This document shows, piece by piece, positions 53,283-64,000 of a DNA stretch of 64,000 bases; position 1 is the first letter of the stretch, and the number at the start of each line of letters is the position of its first letter. Location: assembly GCF_006345805.1 (NCBI RefSeq), contig NC_043010.1, positions 15,438,001 through 15,502,000 on the forward strand, in the 5' to 3' direction. Source of the stretch: Octopus sinensis. Lineage: Eukaryota. Under the pieces are notes generated by a model, which was not told the DNA's origin, ran no database searches, and saw only the letters and a list, made by a program, of their open reading frames with translations. The position numbers and the translations under genes are program-made.

Positions 53283-54240
53283 AGAAGTCAGGTTGAAGCG
53301 GTACTGAAGTCAAGATGAAGCGGTACTGAAGTCAGGATGAAGCGGTACTGAAGTCAGGATGAAGCGGTACTGAAGTCAGGACGAAGCGGTATTGAAGTCA
53401 AGATGAAGCGGTACTGAAGTCAGGATGAAGCAGTACTGAAGTCAGGACGAAGCAGTGTTGAAGTCAGGTCGAAGTGGTGTTGGACAAAGCAGTATTGAAG
53501 TCAGGATTGAAGCAGTGTTGAAGTCAAGATGAAGCGGTACTGAAGTCAGGTCGAAGCGGTGTTAAGTTCAAAAAGCAAGGCCATGTAGGGGGACATGGAG
53601 TTATGTACAAGGAGAGTGTTCATGCAAAGAGTTCAGGCCATTTCTGGTCAAGGGAGACTTTGAACCGAGCGGTCGTCAGCATCTTCACCATCTCGTCTGG
53701 CAGCTTATTCCACGGATCCGCAACCCGGATGGAGAAAGCCCCTCTCCTTCGATTGAGATGAAATCGTCGCAGATAGAGCTTTCGTAGTGACACCGCAGCC
53801 AACGCTCTGAAGCAGGAGTGAAGAACAGCTCTTTCGAGAGGTTACACTTTCCGCTTATGATGTTGTGAGCGAGAATGAGATCATCAAGGCGTCGTCGTTT
53901 TTCGAGAGAATAAAGGTCAAGCGTCTTCAGCCTTTCTTCATAAGACAAATGCTTGAGACCAAGAACCATGCGGGTAGCCAGCTTCTGGACTCTTTCGAGA
54001 TGATGTATGTCTTTGAGCAGATAAGGAGAAGAGGCTTGAATCCCGTACTCCAATATGGGTCTCACCAGCATGACATAGAGCGGTAGAGTGTTGGATGAAG
54101 CAGTATTGAAGTCAGGATCAAAGCAATGTTGAAGTCAGGTTGAAGCGGTGTTGAAGTCAGGACTAAGAGATATTGAAGACCAAGAAGTACTGAAGTCAGG
54201 ATGAAGAGGTATTGATGTCAGGATGAAGTAGTATTGAACC
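53283..54240. repeat. 22-bp minisatellite (aagcggtactgaagtcaggatg) interrupted by a LINE fragment
   Basis: ~13 units at 53283-53570 and ~6 more divergent units at 54097-54240. Confidence 0.9.
53621..54084 (-). mobile_element. 5'-truncated CR1/L2-clade LINE ORF2 3' fragment (one frameshift)
   Basis: LYVMLVRPILEYGIQASSPY...LERVQKLATRMV.GL..LSYEERLK.L.LYSLEKRR and RRGAFSIRVADPWNKLP are typical CR1/L2 C-terminal motifs. TSD agagtgtt at 53613-53620 and 54085-54092. Confidence 0.9.
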
Positions 54241-55785
54241 TGTGCCTTGCAAGAACATGTTTGAAGAAGTGGAGTGGGAGTGATTGGATATGAAAAATTA
54301 GAAATCTTTTGATGTATCAATCTGTAGCAGGAATGACACATGATGGACTATATAAATATTAGTCGCCATGATAGATCGTTTTTTTTCTCTTTTAAAGCCT
54401 GGCTTTTTTTTTGCCAGACCACTAAATTACAGGGATGTAAACACACCAACACTTGTTGTCGAGCACAAAACCACACACAATGGGCTTCTTTCAGTTTCTA
54501 TCTACCAAATCCACTCACATGATAAATCGTTAGCCACTACACACATTTTTTTTCTCTCCTTTATTTTTTCTGTGTCCCTTTCTGTAGAAGAGTGTAGGCT
54601 CGAAACGTAAAAGACTTTTACTATTCCTAACTGTTATACTAATACATCTGTTTGTTTTGTACACCACCTGTCTTCGTCTTTTGTTTTTTTCGTAAACTCT
54701 CCTTATATAAATATTAAAACTTGTTAGTAAAGTAATTTGGTTAATCAAAGAATGACAACAGAATTAGGACAGTTATGGAGATGTACTGTAGAAATATCAA
54801 ACTATATCAACAGAAATTGTAAATGACACACATGGAAACAGTTTAGTTCCATAAGACTTAGAGTAGGCATCGGCAACCATTTACAAGATGTGACTGGTTC
54901 ATCATCAGGCCGGCCACACGACAAGGATTAAAGGTAAATTTTCAACAAATGTGCCATTCAGAAAGACCCACTCAGGCCACGACTGGCTTAGAGCCAGTAG
55001 CTTTCACTCATTCAACCCATAACCCAGTGGTTTTCAACCAGGGTTCTGCCAGTACAGTACAGGGGTTCCGCAAGAATTTACAAAAATGCTAAATTCGACA
55101 GTAATTTTTAATTCTCCTGTGCAGATATACTCTTTTACTTGTTTCAGTCATTTGACTGCGGCCATGCTGGAGCACCGCCTTTAGTCGAGCAAATCGACCC
55201 CGGGACTTATTCTTTGTAAGCCCAGTACTTATTCTATCGGTCTCTTTTGCCGAACCGCTAAGTGATGGGGACATAACCACACCAGCATCGGTTGTCAAGC
55301 AATGCTAGGGGCCAAACACATACACACACACACTTATATACATATATACGACAGGCTTCTTTCAGTTTCCGTCTACCAAATCCACTCACAAGGCTTTGGT
55401 CGGCCCGGGGCTATAGCAGGAGACACTTACCCAAGATGTCACGCAGTGGGACTGAACCCGGAACCATGTGGTTGGTTAGCAAGTGCATAAGACAATTAAA
55501 TTATTGCACAGGGGTTCCTCAAGCCAGTGAAATGTTTTCTTGGGGTTCCGCTCCAGTAAAAAGGTTGAAAAGCACTGTCTTAACCATTCAGATTACTCTG
55601 TTAAATGTAATGTTTATTTATTCATATTGTTTTGAATTAATCGTGCATTATCTTGTGGCTTTGGGATTTCGATGATGTGATTGTTTATTTTTAAAATGAC
55701 ATTGTTGAGTAGATGTGAGAGGCCAGACCAGGCCACTCTGAATGTAAAACAGGCAGAATATCCAGACTGGGTATGGCCAGTTTAA

Positions 55786-56006
55786 CCCTTTAGCATTTAA
55801 ACCGGCCATATCCGGCCAAAAGTATTCTGCCTGTGCTATGTTCAAACTGACCAGATCTGGTCTCTCACACTAATCATACAATATCGTTTTAAAAATTAAC
55901 AGCTACCTCATCAAAATCTCATAGCTAAAAGATGATGCATGATTAGTTCAAAACAAAGTGGATGAAAAAGCATTAATTTTGGCAGAATAATGCGAACACT
56001 AAAGGG
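55786..56006. mobile_element. piggyBac-like MITE
   Basis: ttaa|ccctttag ... ctaaaggg|ttaa. Confidence 0.75.
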
Positions 56007-56178
56007 TTAAATGCTAAAGAGCTAAATTAGAATAAATTCAACCAGGATAGCAATAGGTAGACCACCCCGGTAAAGCTATATACCCACAAGAGATATACTA
56101 CTAGATTACAGGGATGTAAACACAAAACCACACACAATGGGCTTCTTTCAGTTTCCGTCTACCAAATCCACTCATATG

Positions 56179-56396
56179 TATTTCACTACTGCCCACAACG
56201 GGCTAAACAAAGAGGGGACAAATGGATTATGTCGATTACATCGACCCCAGATCGTAACTGGTACTTAATTTATCGACCCCGAAAGGATGAAAGGTAAAGT
56301 CGACCTCGGCGGAATTTGAACTTAGAACGTAACGGCAGACGAAATACGGCTACGCATTTCGCCCGGCGTGCTAACGAGTCTGCCAGCTCGCCGCCT
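56179..56396 (-). mobile_element. SINE family B inserted into a family A copy
   Basis: TSD aatccactcatatg on both sides. Confidence 0.85.
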
Positions 56397-56560
56397 TAAT
56401 CCACTCATATGGCTTTGGTTGGCCTGAGGCTATCGTAGAAGATACTTGCCCAAGATGTCATGCAATGGGACTGAACCCAGAACCATGTAGTTGGGAAGCA
56501 AAATGTCTTGTCACACAACCATACCTGCACCTACCTAAACTCAGAATTCCAAAGCTTGTA

Positions 56561-56602
<42 letters not shown>

Positions 56603-56664
56603 GAGAGAAAGAGATAGGTAAACTTTAGAAAACTGCATTTGTGTACTTTCTTCATTGTAAAATT

Positions 56665-56702
<38 letters not shown>

Positions 56703-57584
56703 TGTGTCTTGTATTTCGTTTTATTAATAATTATGTGCAAGCATGTTCACAGATTATGTGAAGGCATGTGTGTATAAATATACATGTAGTATATATGACA
56801 TGTATATATATATATATTATATATATATAAACAACATACATATGTATATACATGTATGTATAATAAAATTGCATATCTCATATTCTTAATCTTATCTATT
56901 CTTTTTTTTTTTTTCATATTCTTTTCCCTTTCCACTTGTTTATCGCATGTATAGGCAGACATACTTTGTGAAGGTGCCTGGCTGAGTGGTTAGGGTGGTG
57001 AGCTCAAAATCATGTGATTTGTGGGTTCAATTCTTGAACTGGGCACATACTGTACGTATTCCTCATGCAATGCACTTCATGCTGCTCCAAACTTACTCAG
57101 CTGTGAACGTGTATCAATCCAGTGACTGATGTAGCCCTCTCCCTGCATGTCTGTTCTGCCACACCCTGTATGTTTTGCGGGTGGGGTGGGTGGGTGGGGG
57201 AAGAGCACGAAGGCTAAGAGGAATGCCTATGTCTGCACATAACCAAAACAATTAGCAGAAGCATAGAAATGGTTACCAAACCAGGCTCACTTGCAAATGA
57301 CAGTTGCGGTTTACACACACACACACGTGCATTGCCTCTTAAAAAAAAAAAAAAAAAAAAGTGGGTAATTACTGTGTTAATTAATTAACAAACCCCTCTT
57401 TTACAATGCATTACAAACGATGCCAAAGCTGAGACAGAAGAAGAAGTTGGTCAAGGTATAGCAAATTAACCAAATACCTATAGTAGTTGCCAGGTAATCA
57501 CATCATGAATTATTCAATAGAATAACCCTCCAAGGTAGCAAAATTAATTGTAAAAATAAAAAAAATAATTTTAAAAAAAAGCAT

Positions 57585-58097
57585 CGTAAATCCTCGAGGT
57601 ATATTCCACATCCCCCCCCCCAATTTAAAGGTCAAAATCCCTAGTGCGTACTATATACGAGGTTAAAAATGAAAAATATTTTCTAAGCAATGTCGGAGTC
57701 TTTATTTGCTGTCCGCCAATGTTTATTCGGACGCATTTTTTGATGTCGAGCGCGAAAATACCTTAAGCTAAGCCTGAAAGCAATGAAGTCATAAAAGAAT
57801 CATCCATAACTTGCAGTAAGCAACATTTATTAAACGTCATTACTGTTATTTCTTTATTTTCTGCAAACAAAATGCACAAAAATGCTACACGTTTGCATTA
57901 TGTTATATATACAATAATAATAAAGGACGTTACCGTATACAGGTTTACAAACCAAGGACATTATATAGACCTCCTTGGCTCAAGTTAGAGAAGGGGTGCG
58001 TATTATACACATGGTTTAGGTTTCTCAGAGGTACAGCCCCCTAAAAATCCCCTGCGTATTATACTCAAGGGCGGACTATACTCGGGGATTTATGGTA
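57585..58097. mobile_element. Non-autonomous DNA transposon (Tc1/mariner/pogo-like)
   Basis: cgtaaatcctcgag... and ...ctcggggatttatggta are imperfect inverted termini. Confidence 0.55.
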
Positions 58098-58439
58098 TGT
58101 TACAGAAACAGGGGCTCAAGATTGTTAATCAAAGTTCACTTTGAAACAAGAAAGGTCCTACATAAAAAGCAGGAATACAATGAAGAAACAGGTAACGATA
58201 ACAATTGAGGTAAACATTATTAGCCCCATGACAATGCAGAAAAGGTCCAGGTCCAAAAAGGGAAAGTGAGAGTAGGTGGCACAACTTATGGAGACTAGGG
58301 AATTCCTAGGGATACCTAAAAGTGTTTACACAAATTCAAGATTGGCCTTTGCATTTAAGGAAAGAGACATGGGCAAAAGAAAATATGAACAGTTCTATAT
58401 TTAAGAGATGAGGAATTATGTACATTATTTACATTTGAC

Positions 58440-58655
58440 GGATATTTGTCCTCATCTTGTTTGTTGTTAACACGTTTCGACTGGTATACTCTCCAGCCCA
58501 CTTCAGGTGTCTTGGGGAAATTTCAAATCTGGGTTCTCATTCTGAAGGTATTTTTCGATATTATTATCATTATTATTGTTCAGGTCACTGCTTGGAATCG
58601 AACTCGAAATCTTGGGGTTAGTAGCTCGTGCTCTTAACCACTACGCCATATGCCT
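58440..58655 (-). mobile_element. tRNA-headed short element carrying a Penelope-like hammerhead-related motif
   Basis: Minus strand: ggcgtagtggttaagagcacgagctactaaccccaagatttcgagttcgattcc head, then acacctgaagtgggctggagagtataccagtcgaaacgtgttaac. Confidence 0.5.
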
Positions 58656-59979
58656 GGGGGCATATGAAAAGATTCTTCTCAGAATCATACCATTTTGGGC
58701 ATAGTGTATCTCTGACAAAATTGTTCAATGTATACCCCAATCACTTTTTTTTTAAAGGAAACTACTGGTTGCTATTTCTAGCAAATTAGTTTACTGCACT
58801 GAGGCCCTCCTGTTGAATCATATGATTACAGAGAGAAGCACATTCATTTACTTATGTATATATATATGTATGTATATATATATATATATATATATACATA
58901 CATAATGTGTGTGTGTGTGTGTGTGTACAGATGCAGAAAGGGTAAGAGACTTGGTTCGCAGTTACATGGTCCAGGATTCAATCTCTCTACATAGTCTCTT
59001 GAGCGAGTGTCTTCCACCAGAGCTCCTTGTCAGCTCAAACCTTCTTTGGAAGTTCAGTGGATGGAAACTGTGGAAGCCCCACTAGATGGATTGCACTAGT
59101 AAATCAAAGAATGACACCCTTGTCACACATTGTCATACTTGTTCCACCTGGAGACCACATTAAGGGCACACATGCCTGTGGAACACACAGCAAGTTCCAC
59201 TCAGGCCAACTTTGCCTTTCATCATTTCAGGGTCAATAAAGTAAGTACCAGTTGAGTACTGGGGTCAATGTAATCAACTAGTCCCAAAAAAACAACAAAT
59301 ATCTTACAAACTATAGAATTTTCTCAATAAAGCCAAGAGAGAAAGATGTTTTATAAACACATTCTACCAGTATACGAAGTTTTAAATTTTTTAGTTACGT
59401 GGAAATTGTTTTTAAAAACTGCCATTCAAACCGAAAAGATCCGAAATTTTTGCTCTTTCATTCAAAAATTTGGATCTTGTGCTTGAGAAGTATAACTCGT
59501 AAAGCCAGCATCTCATAAAGCGAGTTTTCGTAAAGTGAAGTACTTACTCTATAGAGAAAAACTTCAAGAGTAACTCATTTAAAATAACTTAGTCCCTCTT
59601 CCAATGTGTGTGTGTGTGAATGTTTATAATGTAAATACGTAGACATGTTCTCACATGTGTATGTGTGTGTGTAGAACAGTCAAAATATGTATATACTAAC
59701 ATACACACACTTACTTTTGTATTCACAAACACACATACATACATACATACATACACACACTCATCCAAACAATTTCAGAACAACATTGTCCCATGGAAAC
59801 TTTCTAGGAAGAAGGAATTCTCGCTAAAATAAAGCCCCCAACCGCCATCCGCCCCGCACACCACCTTCGGAATTCCTTTCTGTTCTACGAAGTGGGGGTG
59901 GATACGAAGTGTTGGGTGAGGGTGGGGGAAGGAAGACGGCGAGTATTTAAGAGTCAGAGATGGGGGGAGGGAAGTAACC

Positions 59980-60012
<33 letters not shown>

Positions 60013-61472
60013 AAGCAGGCCAAGAAATGAAGCTAGGCTAACGTTAAAACGTGGGTGATGGATGGGAGAGAGGGAGGAGAAATCAAGAGAGCTGCCCCCG
60101 AGGGTGGCGATGGTGAAAAAGGTGGAGGAGGTTGGTGCGTGTGCGTGTGAGAGAGAGAGAGGAAGAGGCAGAGTGTGGATGTAGGTAAGCGTGTAAATTA
60201 CTGGATGAGAGAGAGAGACAGAGAGACAGACGGAGAGAGAATGTATGTGTGTGTATGCGCGCAAGAAAAGGAGAGGACAAGGTAGGGTACAGGCTTTTTA
60301 AAGCCACCAAAACACACATAAACTACAACCGCATCCGGTACCCCGTCACCCGCCTCCGGGGTAGACGGCAGTAAAAGCAATAGTGACTTACACTCTTATA
60401 GTCGTTATAAAAGAAGCATTTATACGTTAGAAATCATTATAATTGCTGATGGTGAGGGGCATGGCGGTGACGCTGAAGCGGTCGGCAACGGGTGGCGGGT
60501 GGGTAAAATAAACTCTGCTTATCATACGGGTAGAAGGACGAGGGGGTTCCCCTCCTCTCTCCATCATTATTAATATTTTATACATTTCTGATAAGTATCA
60601 AAAGAGACATTGTAAAATCATTGTTTGTTATCAAGAGTTTAGCTGTCGGCTTCTTTTAGTGTATGCTACACACTCATACAGGGATCTTTTCGGTTTGAAC
60701 GGCAGTTTTTAACATAATTTCTAGGTAACTAAAAAATTTTAAACTTCGTATACTGGTAGAATGTGTTTGCAGAACATCTTTTTCTCTTGGCTTTATTGAG
60801 AAAATTCTATAGTTTGTAAGATATTTGGTCTTTAATTTCTTGCATTTCGGCAATTTCAACCAAATCAATGACCGTCTATTGGAGGTGAAAACATTCTGTG
60901 CCGTATGAATATGTCCCTCGTTTAAGAAACAGATTGGGTTTATTTACATTTCTGAAGAAAAAAAAGATAACCTTCCGCCCACCCCTTTCAGTTTCCGTGT
61001 ACCAAGACGTTGGTTGGAAACTTCTTACCACACAGCCACACCTATATATGATACGGTAAGATATATAGATGGCTATTTGAATTTAATGCGGTTTCAATCA
61101 TTTATTCAGCCCAGCGGCTACTCCTAATACCAGTGTATGCATTATTTACTGTTTCCTACACCGAAAGCGAAAAATCTCGTTTAAGCATGTGGCCAGCCGA
61201 GAGAATACACAACATTGACAAGGTCCGAAAAGGCCAAAATTCATCTGGTGTTCTCGCTAGTCGCTGCTGGAACAATCCCTTTCGTCTGCGTATATATTGT
61301 TTTTAAACGTAGCATGCTCAAAAGAGATTTCATCTCGGGACAACAAATGTCGCAGTAACACGCTTGTCAACGCTAATATAGCGTAGGTATGGCACGCATA
61401 TTGGCTTCTCTACTTTAATACAGCTGCAATTCATACATAAACACACATATTGGAATAACATATTTTATTGCA

Positions 61473-61654
61473 TAATTATACAATTGTTTCATCGTCGCTT
61501 TAACTAAAGCTTGTTACTGGAATATTATAATATGAAATAATACACAGAATCAGTATTATTCGCACAAAATTGGTAAATGTCGGCTCTTCAGGTCTATGTA
61601 CATATATGAATCGAAATGTTCTGGTAAAACGTCGATGAAACAGTTGTAGAATTA
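61473..61654. mobile_element. ~180-bp MITE with ~30-bp imperfect TIRs
   Basis: taattatacaattgtttcatcgtcgcttta versus taaaacgtcgatgaaacagttgtagaatta. Confidence 0.6.
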
Positions 61655-62361
61655 CGTAATAAAATGAGTTGCTCACACCATTCTCCATGTTAATGCTTAC
61701 ATAAAACTTTGCGGATATTTACGGATTATCGTCAATGAAGCGATCTATTTTCGTAGAATCATAGTATCTGTGTGTCTTGCTTGTTTAAGCCTGTGGGCAG
61801 GCTTCATAAAGTAAGCTCCAGGGTTATAACCGAAACGGAAAATATATCATATCTCATATAATGTCCCAAGTAAAAAAAACTAATAATGATAATAATAACC
61901 ATAATAAGTCATTATAGCAACAAGTATTGTATATATTTTGGTTAGGTCGCCAGCACACTAATCCAGAGACCAGATACATTAGAGAAAGCATCCCCCTCAT
62001 AAAATAAAAAAAGAAGAAGGGTGTCATTCATCGTAGGACAGATCAGTCATGACTGACCTCGAGCTACAAATGCTTGCAGCTAAAAGGAAAACTTTTTACG
62101 TTTAGTAAACTCAACTCTTCCCTTCGCATCTGCTCACACGTTTCTACGCACGCTGCTATTTAAATCCCATACTACGAATGAATGAAAGAAAAATACCTAT
62201 ACGGATGTTGAGGGTTGGGGGAGGGGAACTTTAGTTAGACACAATCGCCACCTCTTGCCACGCTTGTATATAAAAAAAAGCCAAGATCAAATACAAAACG
62301 CTATCTTTAAGATAGCGTGTTTAACTAGTTTGTGTGTATTGCACACACTTACAAAAAAATC

Positions 62362-62398
<37 letters not shown>

Positions 62399-62407
62399 TT
62401 AAATACA

Positions 62408-62904
62408 TCTATCCTATTATAAATTTGAGTGATGTTTCTCTGTCCGTTACGTTATGGTCGTGAACTCCTCCTGGACCGTTAGTGCAGGGAGAACAGAATT
62501 CAAACATGCAACTGCCCTAACCCCAGGGAATGTCCTAAGCGGGGTCTATTTTCTTAGAGATCACCTAATTGGGGCTCCACTTACTCCCTACTTTTAATAT
62601 GCATTTTAAAGTAGATGCATGGTATTGGCGACCAAACCGGAGCAATGGTAATGGATTTCATACGACGGATTCCCTCGCAAGGAGGTTCAATTTCTGAAGG
62701 GCCGCTTAAATGGGGCCCCACTCACCTCACTATTTTTACCGCATTTACTTCGGTCTTACGCTTATTGGTTAAACTATGATCAGCATCAGTGCTTAGCACA
62801 CTTGCAGAAATAAGTTTGGCCATTCTAAATACTTTCACGTACATTCAACTCGAGATAAAGAGCGGGGATATTTATATTTTGTAGTTTATGAAACTTATGT
62901 CTAG
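62408..62904 (+). mobile_element. Possible non-autonomous Helitron-like element
   Basis: Begins a|tctatcctattataaa...tctgtccgttacg and ends ...ctag|t. No clear subterminal hairpin. Confidence 0.3.
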
Positions 62905-63072
62905 TATATATATAATATAGCCGGAGGCTATATAGTAGAAGACACTTGCTCAAGATGCCACGCAATGGGACTGAACCCGGAACCATGAGGCTGGGAAGCA
63001 AGCTACTTACCACACAGCCACTCCTGCGCCTATATAATATATATATACACACACACAAATATATATATATAT

Positions 63073-63120
<48 letters not shown>

Positions 63121-64000
63121 TCTGGAGCACCGCCTTTAATCGAGCAACTCGACCCCGGACTTATTCTTTGTAAGCCCAGTACTTATATATACGACGGGCT
63201 TCTTTCAGTTTCCGTCTACCAAATCCACTGACAAGGCTCTGGTCGGCCCGAGGCTATAGTAGAAGACACTTGCTCAAGGTGCCACGCAGTGGGACTGAAC
63301 CCGGAACCATGAGGCTGGTAAACAAGCTACTTACCACACAGCCACATATATATATAATTATGCAAAACTCATTTCTGCCTTATCCCACATGCTTTCTTCA
63401 TATACACACCCACTGCCATTATTTTACTCTTCTCCTTAATAGTCTATCACATGATATCTCCCACCACCACCACCGCCTCCCATTGCACTATAGAAGACAG
63501 GGTCCTTAAGGAATACAACAGTTAGCAAGGGAGGAGTAGGAGGAGAGGACTAAGAGATATTTAAAAAAAAAGAGGGGGAGGAGGTAGGTAGTAGGGACGG
63601 CGACGTGGGGTAGGGTGTGTGCGTTTAGGTCTTTCCCACCACCACCACCACCACCACCACCACGATCACAAACACGCGCGCGCTACCTCGCCCCTTCTTG
63701 ACACACAGACAGACAAAAATCCATGCTGTATGTATGTATGTGGTGTGTAGCAGACATGTAGGCTATTTTAGGTCAGTTCCACCCTCCTCCTCCGCCTATC
63801 TCTCTTTCTTTCTTTCTCTCCCTCCCTCCCTGTTTTCTCTCACTTTCCTTCGCCTCCTACCCCTCCTCCTCCTGAAAAAAAAAGGAAAGACAAAAATAAA
63901 AAAAAAGTAAAAAAAAAGAAAGAGAAAAAAACCCGCTCTCCCCTTTTCTTGTTTTCTTTTCCCCTTCCTAAATAGATTTAAATGAAATGGGAAGTCGGAT

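Noticed and set aside
58575-58650. tRNA-like sequences here, at 48077 and in SINE heads as genuine tRNA genes
   Set aside because: They have no paired acceptor stems and run on into repeat bodies.
44000-64000. SMAD MH1-encoding exon 1
   Set aside because: No ORF with MH1 motifs (e.g. CCNPxH) was found, so it is inferred to lie beyond the window end.

Overview
AT-rich, microsatellite- and SINE-saturated animal genomic DNA, most likely from an octopus or other coleoid cephalopod. The taxon is inferred from the repeat families and the (TA)n/(CA)n load and is not confirmed. I can support only one protein-coding gene, an inhibitory Smad (SMAD6/7, Dad-like) on the minus strand. Three of its four canonical exons are in the window: linker exon 2 (43646-43702), linker exon 3 (12817-12894) and the terminal MH2 exon (5742-6271). 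All are joined by phase-1 GT-AG introns. The MH1 exon should lie beyond position 64000. Almost everything else is intron filled with at least four tRNA-derived SINE families, a ~408-bp MITE with 8-bp TSDs, mariner/hAT/piggyBac-type MITEs, LINE fragments, minisatellites and very long microsatellites. Nearly all ORFs in the supplied track are repeat artefacts. The most interesting observations are: (1) a structurally complete minimal type I hammerhead-ribozyme fold at 35377-35424, with two degenerate relatives; (2) apparent loss of the PPxY (PY) E3-ligase-binding motif in this I-Smad; (3) SINE multimers with a recurring self-complementary tail-to-body junction at three loci; (4) a templated composite insertion that creates a ~330-bp inverted duplication; and (5) a 28-bp hairpin minisatellite. 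Coordinates of degenerate repeats are approximate.
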